A DNA stretch of 63,796 bases, filler included, from Sphacelaria rigidula (taxonomy: Eukaryota), in assembly GCA_964200075.2 (NCBI GenBank). It is 11 parts of 11 records of this genome, joined end to end, with 100 filler letters (N's around TTAATTAATTAA, not from the genome) between each part and the next. Parts side by side here need not be neighbours in the genome. Positions count along the whole stretch, not along the records: positions 58,089 to 63,796 come from CAXNAA020025084.1; 10 more parts are not named here. One strand, written 5' to 3'. A program made the translations under genes and the position numbers. This document shows, piece after piece, positions 61,891 through 63,796 of this stretch. Below the pieces are notes generated by a model, which was given only the letters and a program-made list of their open reading frames with translations, did not search any database and had not been told where the DNA came from. How positions within the stretch are numbered: position 1 is the stretch's first letter; each line of letters begins with the position of its first letter.

Positions 61891-63796
61891 CTGCGTGATC
61901 TCGGGCTTCGTCTTTCTCGTGTTAAACCCTATTTTAGTGACCTGTGACAGAACGGTAGGTAACCTCCCCCCCTCCCCCCATCACGTTTGGGGAGGGATTA
62001 GAGCGATTTCATCCCCGGGTGGAAAGGAACGGGGGGTCCGAGAAAAATACCTGGTAGTTCACACATTCTATCGAGGCGTTCCTGTGTTGGGGTACATCGC
62101 CATTCGTGTGTCACGCGCAAATACGGTCGATACCACGCGTGTGATCATGTTTGAGAAGGGGAGATGCATGTATGAAATCCTCAGGAAAGGAACTATTTGT
62201 TGCTCTTTTAGTATGTGCATTCAAGTATCCCAGAAACTCTTTGATATCACCCGAAGTATTGTCATTCGCACGGTATTGGTGAAACGGTGAACACCATCCC
62301 TCACTTCACGGTAGAGATCATGCCCCGCCGACAACTATTTTGTCGTCCCGTGTGCCACCATGCATCCCCCGCCCAAATCCAACTCGACCAATATTGTTCA
62401 TATCCCAAAATTTACTTGGTAACTACCAATCAGATCGCTCCATTCTCCTTGGAAACTACTCGGGGAGTAGTGTAGAGCCTAGTGTTTGTGTCGTCTAATC
62501 TCACCGCCAATGACGCCCACACTCACATGTTCCAACACAATGCAGACAATACGATGCCCCGACGCACAGCACCAACCAAACAGAGTGCTGCAGCAGCCGG
62601 CAGCGCGTTGTTTGTTTTTTGGAGGAGAAACAAAACAGCCAACACACCATGAAGTTTTCCATAGTTCGCACGCAGGACTGCGTGCCGGCCAACATTATTT
62701 TCCAGAGACGGAACACAACATCAATATCGCAGCTCAGGCAATCTAAACCGTCTTCGCAATGCCTACAACACACCAGAGTACAGTGACTGCTACAGCACAT
62801 GGGAGAGGGCGTGAGTGTGTTTGTACTGCAGTACAGTGGAATAACGCATGTCACATGTTTCCGTCCTTCCGTTAAAAAGTGATCCCTTGACAGACATTTG
62901 TGGGATTTTTTCACTTCCATGTAGTGGTTCCTAAACCACCCCGCCCCTTTCATGAACTTCTTCGAAATTTTGTAGGAGTAACCTTTCACGCCGGCCAGCG
63001 GTTGGAATCTCACCTTTTCAAGTCACATATCTTTTATGTGTGTTGGGTCACCCAACCAACAATCGCCGCAGGAGATTTGCCGTGAGTTTTTGAATTCTGT
63101 TTCATAGGGTATCCACCATATTTTTTTGCTCCCATCATTTTTGGTGGGATCCGGGATTTGAACCCGGAACCCTCTGTTCCTGAAGCGTACGTACGAGCTA
63201 TCTCACTGGTGTCGCCAATGTGAAAAGGTGACTCTGACAGGCACTCGTGGGAATTTGTCCCTCATATGTGGAGGTTCCCACACCTCGCCTGATTTTGATC
63301 AGGTCCTCAATTTGGGCGGGTGCCGAGTTTGAACGCTCGGCCATGATCGCGCTTATTTCGATTCACATTGGGTTACCCCTATCTGTGTGTGGGAGATCTG
63401 TCTGCCTTGGGTTGCAGGCCTCGCCCGCTAATTTAATGAAGTAAATTCTGTCCCCGTACACGAAGAGTTTGCCAATTTTTGGGATCGTAGTTGGCTTACT
63501 ATAGCAGTGTGTTGAACTCGAAATCTCAAAAAGTGGCCTGGCGATCGCGCATGTGGCCTTTAGCATGTGGATAGTCGGTGGGTGTCATTATAGGGCATGC
63601 GTGGAAGAATATTGATTTGATACTTGAGTGACTAGCGTGTGCTTACTATGACCGATATGTATCGGTCCGAATGACACTTTCTGCGATAGCCCCCCCCCCC
63701 CCAGACCACCAGACCAACTTTGCTTGCTCCGTCTCGAAAGGGATGCGTGGTCAATGGTCAAATGACTAAGGCAAGCAACAAATGAGTACGCCCCCC

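Overview
This window is not contiguous DNA. It is 11 unrelated, size-sorted short contigs (eight of 5709 bp, then three of 5708 bp) joined by 100-nt N44-TTAATTAATTAA-N44 linkers, so neighbourhood across linkers means nothing. The sequence is eukaryotic: roughly balanced GC, small GT-AG exons, long repeat-filled introns. Gene content and style suggest a brown alga (Phaeophyceae); this is an inference. Host genes reconstructed by hand are an 8-exon, phase-consistent GH88 unsaturated glucuronyl hydrolase (missed as a whole by the ORF track), an FNIP-repeat exon, a family-16 SAM-dependent protein methyltransferase exon, a two-exon sulfotransferase-like fragment and a probable EF-hand gene. Most of the rest is mobile DNA: decayed Ty3/Gypsy and Ty1/Copia pieces, a spliced hAT transposase relic with nested insertions, CACTA-like ends, tRNA-derived SINEs, tiny TTAA piggyBac-like MITEs, several foldback MITEs (two with TTAGGG-like cores) and a very abundant repeat whose conserved end always abuts a poly(C) tract. 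I see no convincing novel multi-gene system. The best leads are the intron-rich GH88 and the poly(C)-anchored repeat family.
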